A stretch of 62,919 bases of DNA, counting the filler, from Perkinsus chesapeaki ATCC PRA-425 (lineage: Eukaryota; Protista; Perkinsozoa): the NCBI GenBank assembly GCA_013115145.1. It is 6 parts of 6 records of this genome, joined end to end, with 100 filler letters (N's around TTAATTAATTAA, not from the genome) between each part and the next. Parts side by side here need not be neighbours in the genome. Positions count along the whole stretch, not along the records: positions 33,869 to 61,364 come from JAAPAO010000493.1; positions 61,465 to 62,919 come from JAAPAO010001952.1; 4 more parts are not named here. One strand, given 5' to 3'. The stretch's first letter is position 1. Each line of letters begins with the position of its first letter. Shown in pieces: positions 53,318 through 62,919 of this stretch. The position numbers and the translations under genes are program-made. Under the pieces are notes generated by a model. It saw only the letters and a list, made by a program, of their open reading frames with translations. It was not told the DNA's origin and made no database searches.

Positions 53318-54517
53318 ATGTCCTCGGACGCCCTAAAGGCCCTATTCGATCTCATCAATGCTACTCGGGGTGCTCAGCTCACCGATGTCTCCATAGAAGA
53401 ATTTCCTGGCGCAGGTCGAGGAGTGCGCGTTGGTCGGCCCATCTCTAGTGGGCAGGTCGCCATCGGCATCCCCGGCAATTTCGTCATAACCGCCACATCG
53501 ACCAGTCCGTGCTTGAGCGACGATTCCGAAGCCTACCGAAAATGGATACGAAAAATTGCGAATAGTCTTAGCGGAGCGGAGCTCTTGGCTGTTGTACTGT
53601 TGAGGCTGCTTGAGAGAGCTCGGACGGATTTGGAACCATGTGACTGGCGGGCATTGTATTTGCGAACGTTACCTGTGGGGTACTCGACGATTTCGTATTG
53701 GCCGGAAAAAGACAGGAAAATTTTCTGCGCGGCATCGAGTTTACTGGCGGAGAAATTCGGCGAGGCTGAGCGCACTCGGAAGAATTTCTGCGAAAAGATA
53801 CGCGATGTTACGGGGGAAAGATACTCCATGGAGGAGATAGTATGGGCTTATTGGACTATTGAAACTCGAGGCTGCTATCACCGAGTTGGTGGGGTGTGTC
53901 TGGTCCCTATAGGAGATATGGTCAACCACAGTGCCTTGGCTTATTCTAAAGCTGATTGTGGAGGATACGGTATGAACTGTGGGAACTACAACGTTAGAGA
54001 GCATCGATATGAGTTTACAGCAATGCGAGGATACACTGAAGGAGAGCAGCTGTATGTTGTCTACAGCAGATGCTCGAGCACGGACTTGCTCTTGAGGTAT
54101 GGCTTTTCCACACTAAGTGACTCGGGGGAAATATCTCCTTTCGAAAGTGTGGAGATCCGCGCGAAAGAATTGAGAAGTCCGAGGAAATCGGTGGAAGAGT
54201 TGATAAGGAGCGGTATCTTTGTGGGGGCCGATGGCTGCTTGTCGCATAGTTTTGCAACCACCGCGCGCCTCAAAATTGCCAGAAATCACGGTATTACGGC
54301 GTCGTTAGAAAACGTGGTTCACGGAGATGAGCTTGGGAATGCTGAGCACGAACGAGAGGCTCGGGAATTATGTGGCGCAGTGATGGAACAAGAGATTCGT
54401 AGGAGATTACAGGCTTTGGCCGAAGGTGGAGCCAGTGATATGATCGAAAGATTCCTTTTAGGTCAAGTTGCGATCCTCCGCAAAGCTCTAGTGAATCTTT
54501 CTAGTGCGGTTTCGTGA
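53318..54517 (+). CDS. Intronless SET-domain lysine methyltransferase, Rubisco-LSMT/SETD3/SETD4-like
   Basis: 399-aa ORF; GAGRGVRV, LVPIGDMVNHS, GEQLYVVYSRCSSTDLLLRYGF. Confidence 0.88.
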   Translation: MSSDALKALFDLINATRGAQLTDVSIEEFPGAGRGVRVGRPISSGQVAIGIPGNFVITATSTSPCLSDDSEAYRKWIRKIANSLSGAELLAVVLLRLLERARTDLEPCDWRALYLRTLPVGYSTISYWPEKDRKIFCAASSLLAEKFGEAERTRKNFCEKIRDVTGERYSMEEIVWAYWTIETRGCYHRVGGVCLVPIGDMVNHSALAYSKADCGGYGMNCGNYNVREHRYEFTAMRGYTEGEQLYVVYSRCSSTDLLLRYGFSTLSDSGEISPFESVEIRAKELRSPRKSVEELIRSGIFVGADGCLSHSFATTARLKIARNHGITASLENVVHGDELGNAEHEREARELCGAVMEQEIRRRLQALAEGGASDMIERFLLGQVAILRKALVNLSSAVS

Positions 54518-54593
54518 CATTTCGAGAGTGTTTGGTTTAGTAAAGCACACTGCGGAAATTCAGTTGTGTTTTTTTGAGTTGGGCGGTGGCAAG

Positions 54594-57500
54594 ATGAGCT
54601 CGTTGAATCTTAAGAGTTTACATCATTTACAGAGCAAAGTGTCAGCAGCTGTGCCAAAGGTAGGAGAGGGGATGGGCGGATGAGGGAGTGGAGGCATAAA
54701 AATAATATATAAATGCAATGAGGAAGTGTTATAGAAACAATATATAAATGTAATGAGGAAGTGGAGGCATAAAAATAATATATAAATGTAATGAGGAAGT
54801 GGAGGCATAAAAATAATATATAAATGTAATGAGGAAGTGGAGGTATAAAAATAATATATAAATGTAATGAGGAAGTGGAGGTATAAAAATAATATATAAA
54901 TGTAATGAGGAAGTGGAGGTATAAAAATAATATGGATGTTGTAAAAGCATTTGTTATTGATAGGCACTGAAGAAGAAGGAAGGGCGATATTTTCATGCTA
55001 ATAAGAGAAGTGAAGTACATGAGATGAAGGAAGAACTGCACAGCCATGACAAACATAAGCAGAAGGATGCGATCAAACGAGTAGGTTAATTGGTATGTCA
55101 CTTGGGCTGTCATTCCAACCGCCCAAGTTCGTTTCCCTGCATTGTCACTTTGGCAACCCTATCAAAATGAGTTTGCAGTTTTCAATGTACTCACCTTACC
55201 ACAAACGAGCTCGAAGATGGCTACGAGGAAAGTATGATGCATATAGGGTTCCTATGTAGAATCTCGACTTTATTTCTTTATAGCTTTCTTCAGTATACAT
55301 AAAAACGAACATCCCCTACAAAAGCAAATTCGGGTGTTCTCCGCGCGAGGAAAGAAATATGCTTACTCGGGAATTGTGGAGTACTGTGGATGACTCGACC
55401 CTTTTGTTTCATCATCTGGCAGGTGATAGCTAATATGACTCTTGGTAAAGATGTTTCGAGCCTATTCCCCGACATGGTTCAATGTATGCAGTCTAATCAG
55501 ATGGAGATTAAAAAACTGGTATATTTATATGTACTAAGGGATGGTTCGCCTTTCTCTTGGCGAAATAGTGTTGTTATAGCAGTTGCCGAATTGGGGAAAT
55601 CTTCAGCCTGCGGAACTTGCCAGCAGTGTGATGTGTATCCCTCGGGCCGACTAAACTCTCTTTGTTCTGCGTTATTGAGTATAAGGCATTCGTCTGAACA
55701 AGTAATCTTTCATACCGCTCCTTTCTCGTAAATCTGATTGGTGATTGAGCTTGAGGTTTTCACACTTTTGAATGTTCTCTCTGAATTTTCGGGGACACGA
55801 GCTGCCGTCCCCTTAGGTGCTGAACTACGCGAAGTCCCAGCCGGAATTGGCAGTGTTAGCAGTTAATACCTTCATGAAGGACGCCGGTAATAATAAAAGG
55901 GCGCGCGGTCAGCAGGCGAGATGGTGGCCGGATCACTCTAACAGTGGCGCAATCATGTTTTGAGAGTGGATAAATTCCAAAGGAACGTTGTCCGGTAGGA
56001 ATTTGAATTTTAATATTTTACGTTCCTGACTTCTAATGAAAATTGATTTCTAGTATAATGGCATAATAATGGTTTCTCGGACGAGAATTCGTTAAAAACG
56101 AAATGTTCTATTGCATTGTGGAGGGCTGTATTGATAAACATATATCAACAATGTTACCGTGTAAGGGTCAGTAGAGGACCACCTGTATCACCGCGGGTGT
56201 GATGGGTTCACTAGCAGACATGCGAAAAATGGTAGTATGCTATCTGAGATACTCACTGGCAATTGGTCCCATCTCCCTTAATGGGTACCGATAGCGGTAT
56301 CCCCTCCAATGCGTTTACCTATCAATCGTATGTATTGTAACTGTTATATTCCCATATATAATATTCTCATACCGCTCTCTCCTCAAACTTCATCTTCAGG
56401 TGACCCGAATCCTCTCATCAGAGCTCTAGCATTACGAACGATGGGCTGCATCCGCCTCGATCAGATTTGCGAGTAGGTCTCTAATTTCGTGGCGCGTGAC
56501 GTTATTTTATACTAGGTATCTTTTGGAACCTCTACGGAGATGCTGCCGCGATCAAGATCCTTATGTCAGGAAAACCGCTGCCATTTGCGTGTCCAAAGTG
56601 TGGGAGGTAAGGCGGGAAAATTTAGGGAAATTTTCGGAAAAATCTGTAATTTGATGTTTTTCCGAAAAAAAATATACCGCAGATTCTTAACCGTGAATTT
56701 TCTGGAAACATCTTGCAGTCACAAGTGAGATGATAAATTTTCCAGCAAGCTTTGGAACATTTCTGGAAAAGCTTGAAATTTTCGGAAATTTTCTGTAAAA
56801 TTTCATGAGAGATCGTCTTAAAAGTTGTCTTCAGATTAATCCCGAAGTAGTCGAGGATCAAGGATTTATAGAGATACTCAGAGATATGACCGGAGATAGG
56901 TAAGTGACCATAATTTCGTGGCGCGGTGACCATTCAATAGTACGGGGGATTTGAATTCGGTTTTGAGTGGTACACTTGTTGTGCGGGGTGAATTTATAGA
57001 GCAGCTCTATACATTATCCAACAGTGACTACCCAACTGTTATAAATTATAATTATCTACATTTATATCTATTTCCATAGATTTATATTCCTATCCGACTA
57101 TAGAGTAGCTATATTTAGCTATAGGTAATATATAATATTGTACCATATAAAGTATACTCAAATTAGTAATTGTATATATTATATAGTTATGATTATCCAA
57201 CATCCATTTATATATGTCATAAAATAATAAGTATATTTTCATATAAGTTTGTATAACAGTCGGTACAGTTATGTGGTTTGGCGGCTATAGACCATCATAC
57301 AGTCATCAATTAAGGCATACGGTGCCCACCTAGAGTCACTTTCTTCACGCGAGGGGCTGCACGGTGCATAAATGTAGAATGAAACATTTCACTTATTTAT
57401 ATACATTATACGCGATAGTAGTCGGATTCTAATTTATTCCAATGTTCGTTCGATGAGATTTCTTATTTTCCTTCCTCCTGAAAGTTTTGTGTGAGACGGC

Positions 57501-60500
57501 CGGTCTGAAGTCAACCACGTTCGTGGCGACTTACTGTTAAATAGTAGGATGGTATTCATTTCTATCGTAATCGCTACAGAAATAGCACAAGTGCAGAGAA
57601 GCACACTTGACACCTTCTTCTTCTTCTTTAGGAACCCTGTAGTGGTTGCTAATGCTGTAGCGAGTCTATTGGAGTTGGGGGAGAGTAAAGAGGATCCATC
57701 GGTTTTGGGGATGAATTCGGGTATGGTAGAGAAGCTGCTCGGAGGTAGGTTGATTGAAGATTGCACCTTTTCCTGGCCTACCGTTTGCTCGGAATTTACT
57801 TTGTATGCTATTGAGCAGTAATATCTCTTGAGCTCCGAATTGTACTAGTTGTGTAATGGTAGTAAGTGTTTAGCGATGTTTCGAGGATGATAGATGCTCT
57901 AAATTAAAGCGGGTAAATCTGGGAGCCAACTATGTTGGTGAGTTGATTAATCTCCACCAACTTGGAAGGGTTTCGCTGGTCCTGTGTGATTGTTCATTTT
58001 CAGCGCTCAACGACTGCACAGAATGGGGCCAAGTGATGTTATTGGATGGCATTGCTCATTATACACCATCGAGTAAGGGGGGGGTGGTCAAGTCGACCTA
58101 ATTTGAATCTTTAGGCTCACAGGATGCCGAAGGTGTTATTGAGAGGGTTACAGCGAGATTGTCGCATGCTAATCCAGCAGTGGTGATGGCTGCTGTTAGA
58201 GGTATGTGCATGCGTGCAAACTAGGCTCTAGTTTGATGATCAGTTCTTATGTGTGATCTGGACAAGGTTACGGACAGCGCGTTCGTGCAGCAAATAGTGA
58301 AGAAGCTACATCCGCCGCTTGTCTCTCTGCTGTCGAACCCACCCGAGATACAGTAAGCATATCTTTAGGTTGAGCGTGCATTTCATAGTAGAGGTTGATG
58401 GTATCTTTAGATATGTCGCCATTCGTAACTTGAATTTAATTGTACAGAAGTGGCCGCAGGTCATCAACAGCGATGTTAAGATATTTTTTTGCCGGTAAGT
58501 TCAGGGAAGTTTGGTATGACGAATAAAGGCGCAATTTATATGACCTGAGAAATGGAAAGATATCTTTCTATTGTGGGCTGAAAGATTCCAAAATAACAGC
58601 CAGCGAAAGTGTTCAGACTTCCATTTTCTTATCTGGTGATAATTATTTCCTTCGACAACCGATATGTATCGAAGTCAGCCGGCTAGGCGTTATTGTTCAA
58701 CTATGCCAGTCTAGGTTACATATGAGCGCAAAACGCACCGTTGTTAAATCAAAGTGTTATTCGTTAATTATTGCATTTCCATGCTACCTAACGCATGGTA
58801 ATGCAGACAAATTCCCCTGAGACAGTTTTTTTTCTAACCGGATTGTATCGTGGCATCGTCCACCCACACAGAACGCGTAGCTCGGCAGCGGTCCTCGTAG
58901 CGGAGGCACGGTGGAAATTCTGGCGGAAACGTGAGAATCAATTCCTGCCGGGAATACTTTTTCGCCATTTTTTACCAATAAAGATTGTCGGAGCAATATT
59001 GCCTTCTCAGATACACGGATCCCATCTACCTCAAGATAGAGAAGGTTGATATGATGGTGCGATTGTGTAATAGTAAGAATGCGGACCAGGTGGGAAGACT
59101 GTGATGCCGTCTCGAGCGAGATGGCTATCGCAATTAGGTGCTGTCTGAGTTTAAAGAATATGCGGCCGATGTTGATGTGGATTTCTCGAGGAAGGCGGTG
59201 AGAACAGTTGGCTTACGTTGGTGGCATTGCTGGAAAATTGCGTCACCCTGCTCAGTTGAGATTTGAAATTTGCTGAGTCCCGAGTCGGTAGTCTTCTAAT
59301 GTTAGGCGTGCAAAGGCAACTCAACATCGAAGCCAATCAGGAAAGAGACCAGTTTCAAATTTGAGTTTTAGTTCCCTTATTTATTCGTGTTGTCCTTTTG
59401 AAGGCGAATGTTTGAGAAGCCTCTCTCAGCAATCTCACTACAAATCTCTACAAAGTCAAAAATCTCTTTATATCTCTGGAATTCCAAATAGGGCTTACCA
59501 TTCAAATTTTCGCAGTGTCCACAAACGGTGGCCCACAGTAGAGCTTTAAACAGGTGTCCACCAACTACCTTATTATCTTCTATTACGAGCATTTTAAATT
59601 TGCCTCAGGTGCGCGCTATTGGTCGAGTTGCAGTAGAAGTGAATGGCGTTGCCAGAAAGGCCATGCCGGTGCTGCTTGAACTTATCAATATGAAGGTTAA
59701 TCATATAGTAGGTTCATGGAGGTCCGGTAATGTGATGGAATATGAATACTCTCAGGTTCAAGAGGCTGTGGTTGTTGTTGCGGATATCTTGAGGAAGTAT
59801 CATATAGAGTGCGCACTGGGAATCTTGGGGAACTTTTTTCGCTTGAAAAATTCGCGAAGAAACTTCGGAGAGCTTTCCCATCGCTAAGCTTGAAGTAAAA
59901 AAGTTTAGGATTGTGTTACAGTAGTCAAAAATTTTCGGAAAACTCCGCAAACTCCGCGTACTTTTTCCACGAGAAAATTTTGTGTGTGTACGTCTATAAG
60001 TTTGAGGTTGCCCATTAGCATCAGATCTGCTGGAAATGAGCGCAGGTGATAATGATAAAATGGCTGCGAATTGATATTTTACATTGACGTAGAACTTCCC
60101 TCCGCCGCCAGATTATGTAGGACTGTGCGCCACCACATCGCGTACGGGTATCGGATATATAAGGGTAAATTATCCTTATATATGTACATATTAACTATTA
60201 TCCTGGATAATAGTTAATATGTACAGGGTGTTCCCATTTGTTATGCGCCTGACTGAAACAACAGCACTGGGTTGGCGAATACTCAGTGGTTCGGTTTGAA
60301 ACTTCCGCAAATTATACAGTACGTTATGACGGCTATAATTTATAAGTTTCAAATCGAAAGGCTGAGTATTGGGACCGGAACTACTGTTTTACTGATTTGC
60401 ATAACAATAAATTGGACAACACCCTGTATGTAGTATGTCGATCATCTAAGGTTTGAGGATTATGAAATAATATTGGGTTTTTGGCACGGTCAATGGGAAC

Positions 60501-61268
60501 CAGCGGATACTTGTGAGTGTTGATTAAATAGGTACGAGCAAGCAATCACCGCTCTGTGCGATAATTTGGAGTCCTTGGACCAGCCCGAGGCCAAGGCCAG
60601 CATGATATGGATCCTGGGGGAGTATGCGGAACATATTGAAAATGTGGATACGGTAGGCAGACTGCATCGCTCCGCTGAGGAAACGAGATTTGTTTACCAT
60701 TTTTAGGTTCTGGGAACTTTCCTCGAATATTTCGCTGATGAGCCGGTCAGTGTACAATTGCAGTTGCTAACAGCAATTGTGAAGTTGTTCCTCAAATGCC
60801 CGGACATTGGGGAGCCTATGGTCACCCAGGTGAGCCGTGATGGGGATAGTTGAAAGCTGCAACTTCTTGAACATGACAATGATGATTTTCATAGACTTAT
60901 TTGGTGAAGTGTTGGTGTGAGATCCGGGTTTCCGGGTTTCCGGGTTTCCGGGTTTCGGGTTTCTAGACTATTGAGGAACCTGTGTTTCAGCAGTGAGATA
61001 AAATAGGTAAATAACGAGGTAGTTGTTAAGCTGTAAATATTTTAAACGTGGTGCCATTTTGCGAATGGAAGCTTTTGCAATCGTGAAAGCTGCTTTGTCT
61101 GGTGGAATCGTCCCGGTTTTGTATGGTTATGTTGTTTTTTAGGTTCTTCAGTTGTGTACGGAGTACAGCAGTAATCCTGATCTGAGGGATAGAGGGTATC
61201 TTTATTGGAGATTATTGAGCACCGATCCCGAGTTGGCAAAGCAAGTTGTTTTATGTGACAAGCCAGAG
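54594..61268 (+). CDS. AP1B1/AP2B1: AP-1/AP-2 adaptor complex beta subunit (beta-adaptin); 3' part interrupted by an assembly gap
   Basis: Exons: [43 protein letters not shown]...[112 protein letters not shown]. Confidence 0.95.
54680..54933. repeat. 38-bp minisatellite (AATGAGGAAGTGGAGGCATAAAAATAATATATAAATGT) x ~6.5 in beta-adaptin intron 1
   Basis: Directly visible tandem array between the GTAGG donor (~54660) and the GATAG acceptor (~54962). Confidence 0.95.
60183..60225. repeat. Perfect inverted repeat, 21-bp arms, 1-nt spacer
   Basis: TGTACATATTAACTATTATCC-T-GGATAATAGTTAATATGTACA. Confidence 0.95.
60224..60426. mobile_element. Tc1/mariner-type MITE (203 bp) in a beta-adaptin intron
   Basis: TA-flanked on both sides; ends CAGGGTGTTCCCATTTGTTATGC / CAGGGTGTTGTCCAATTTATTGTTATGC (reverse complement of right end). 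Confidence 0.8.
60924..60963 (+). repeat. (CCGGGTTT)n microsatellite, five GGG tracts
   Basis: CCGGGTTT x4 plus CGGGTTT inside an intron. Confidence 0.9.
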
Positions 61269-61292
61269 GTAAGTCTTCTCTATGTCACTACT

Positions 61293-61364
61293 ACATTTAT
61301 ATATTATTTTTATGCCTCCACTTCCTCATTACATTTATATATTATTTTTATGCCTCCACTTCCT
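61293..61364. repeat. Inverted copy of the 38-bp minisatellite (~2 units) running into an assembly gap
   Basis: ACATTTATATATTATTTTTATGCCTCCACTTCCTCATT is the exact reverse complement of the unit at 54680-54933. Confidence 0.93.
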
Positions 61365-62317
61365 NNNNNNNNNNNNNNNNNNNNNNNNNNNNNNNNNNNN
61401 NNNNNNNNTTAATTAATTAANNNNNNNNNNNNNNNNNNNNNNNNNNNNNNNNNNNNNNNNNNNNTTGTCTCCTTTCCAAGTTGTTCCCCACTAGCTATGT
61501 TTTCTATTCTCTATCTTCCTTAGAGTTTTACTCTACTCGTGTTAATAGTGCACACTCGCATTCTATGTGCATGCGTGTAGTCGGATCGTATGAGCATCCT
61601 TTCTCGCTTGGAGCGTTGACTGCGAGTCGCAGTCTGCGACGTCCTGAACAGCTTTTCAATATATGCTTTGGTACCGAGTCCTAGCTCATATAATCGAGTT
61701 GTGTTTATAACGGTGGATATTAGACGCTGTGCGACGTTGCTCTACTCGCACTGTGTGTCAGTATTTTGCGATCATAACGGAATCGTCATCGGGGCCCTTA
61801 TATTTGAGCATCAGTTTTATCCACAAAATCCCGCGGTTAGACCTTCATTTGTAAAGATCGTGAGTCACGATCTTGATTCAAAAGATAAAAGAAGACAAAA
61901 GAAGCATATATTTGAGATCAGAGCAAGCTAGGATTTTTTGGTGGAAATTGGGCTAGCGCTGAGCTGAGGGCATTATTTGGGGAAGACGACAGGACGCTTC
62001 TCCACAAATACGATGCCTCAGGACGATAGGAAATGTGACTGAGTTAGATCTGAATCGAGCAAGGTGACATCATTGCAGATTTAAAGACTGCAGATTCGCC
62101 GCCGTGCCCAATCAAATCGAGAAAGAATTCAGGGCCAGATATGCGCGGTGCACAATACCGAACAGTCGCACACCGTTTTCGTACTTTCGGGGCCGCGGTC
62201 CCTGCTGTTTGATGATCACCCGTCAACATACATGGTCGCGGAATGTCCCCGGTGTTGTTCGAGTACTGATGCCCGGGAAAACCTCCTCTGACCTGGAAAA
62301 GTCCTTCTACTCTGTGA

Positions 62318-62366
62318 CGGAGGTCATCAAGGGTGACAGAGTCTCTGTCACCCTTGATGACCTCCG
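62318..62366. repeat. Perfect inverted repeat, 24-bp arms, 1-nt spacer
   Basis: CGGAGGTCATCAAGGGTGACAGAG-T-CTCTGTCACCCTTGATGACCTCCG. Confidence 0.95.
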
Positions 62367-62919
62367 AAATCCTTATCACCTCCGAGTTGAGTGACTTCAG
62401 CAACTAATTGGAGCGGATTGGAGAGCTTGACTATATTCCAGTTAAGTCGCAGGCACGAGGCTCAATAGTGTTCGACTGTGGCAGCAGGTGCTTGTAAATG
62501 AGGGAAGGGTTCACCTCACCACGGTGTGAGTTACACCTGAGAGCCGACCTAGACATCTTTCGCCTGGTCCATGGACTAACACTTAAGCGGCCGCTTGTAG
62601 AACGGAGTGACTTTGGTTGGGCGGAATCCGGTCACCGGATGGCCCAATATGATATTACAGATGTTGTCGGATAGTTACATGGTCGAGTTCTCGCCATGGT
62701 GTTCACTGGTCTGTAAAAGCTTTTGCGCCCATGATGGGTAGCCATCCTTTCATATTCGGCGTAAAAACCGTGCTCACGGACGCTCGTAGGGATGAGAGGA
62801 CTGTCAGTTGTCGAGTTATTGAGAACACTACTCGGTTCAGGGTCAATCATAAACCTTATATCAAAGTGGATATCTTATACAATTCACAAACGAGACTTAT
62901 CAATCTATGTAATCCTTAC

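Noticed and set aside
54610-55113. Hydrophobic repetitive minus-strand ORFs resembling membrane proteins
   Set aside because: Translations of the 38-bp minisatellite and the antisense of beta-adaptin exons 1-2.
24386-61464. TTAATTAATTAA centred in five 100-bp N runs (24386-24485, 29577-29676, 31765-31864, 33769-33868, 61365-61464)
   Set aside because: Artificial scaffold linker with stop codons in all frames. It also means adjacency across these gaps is not guaranteed.
62044-62850. Possible degraded retroelement fragments at the window end
   Set aside because: No RT, integrase or intact zinc-knuckle motif could be recognised.

Overview
Gene-dense, intron-rich eukaryotic draft scaffold with five 100-bp N gaps. 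It is most consistent with a Perkinsus-like alveolate: ~40-50 nt GT-AG introns and a 21/22 match to the Perkinsus trans-spliced leader as I recall it (ACCGTAGCCATCTTGGCTCAAG). Recognisable genes, reconstructed by eye across introns: a RING-HC E3 ligase, two tandem UBC13 copies, a formimidoylglutamate deiminase (HutF) spliced in frame to an M20/ArgE-like deacylase, tRNA-Met(CAT), an intronless F-box protein, a signal-peptide/SDEL COMT-like methyltransferase, a multi-domain peptide:N-glycanase (thioredoxin-PUB-transglutaminase core-jacalin), a papain-family protease, a protein kinase, riboflavin synthase with a hydrophobic tail, glucose-6-phosphate isomerase, an intronless SET methyltransferase and a beta-adaptin. 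Mobile DNA: a DD34E Tc1-like transposase, a 612-bp non-autonomous hAT element with an 8-bp TSD and a 203-bp TA-flanked MITE. Best candidates for something new: (1) the HutF-M20 fusion, a possible single-polypeptide, folate-independent end of histidine catabolism; (2) the Trx-PUB-PNGase-jacalin architecture; (3) genomic spliced-leader copies, including a decayed relic upstream of an intronless gene. Exon boundaries and family calls are from motif recognition only; no searches were run.
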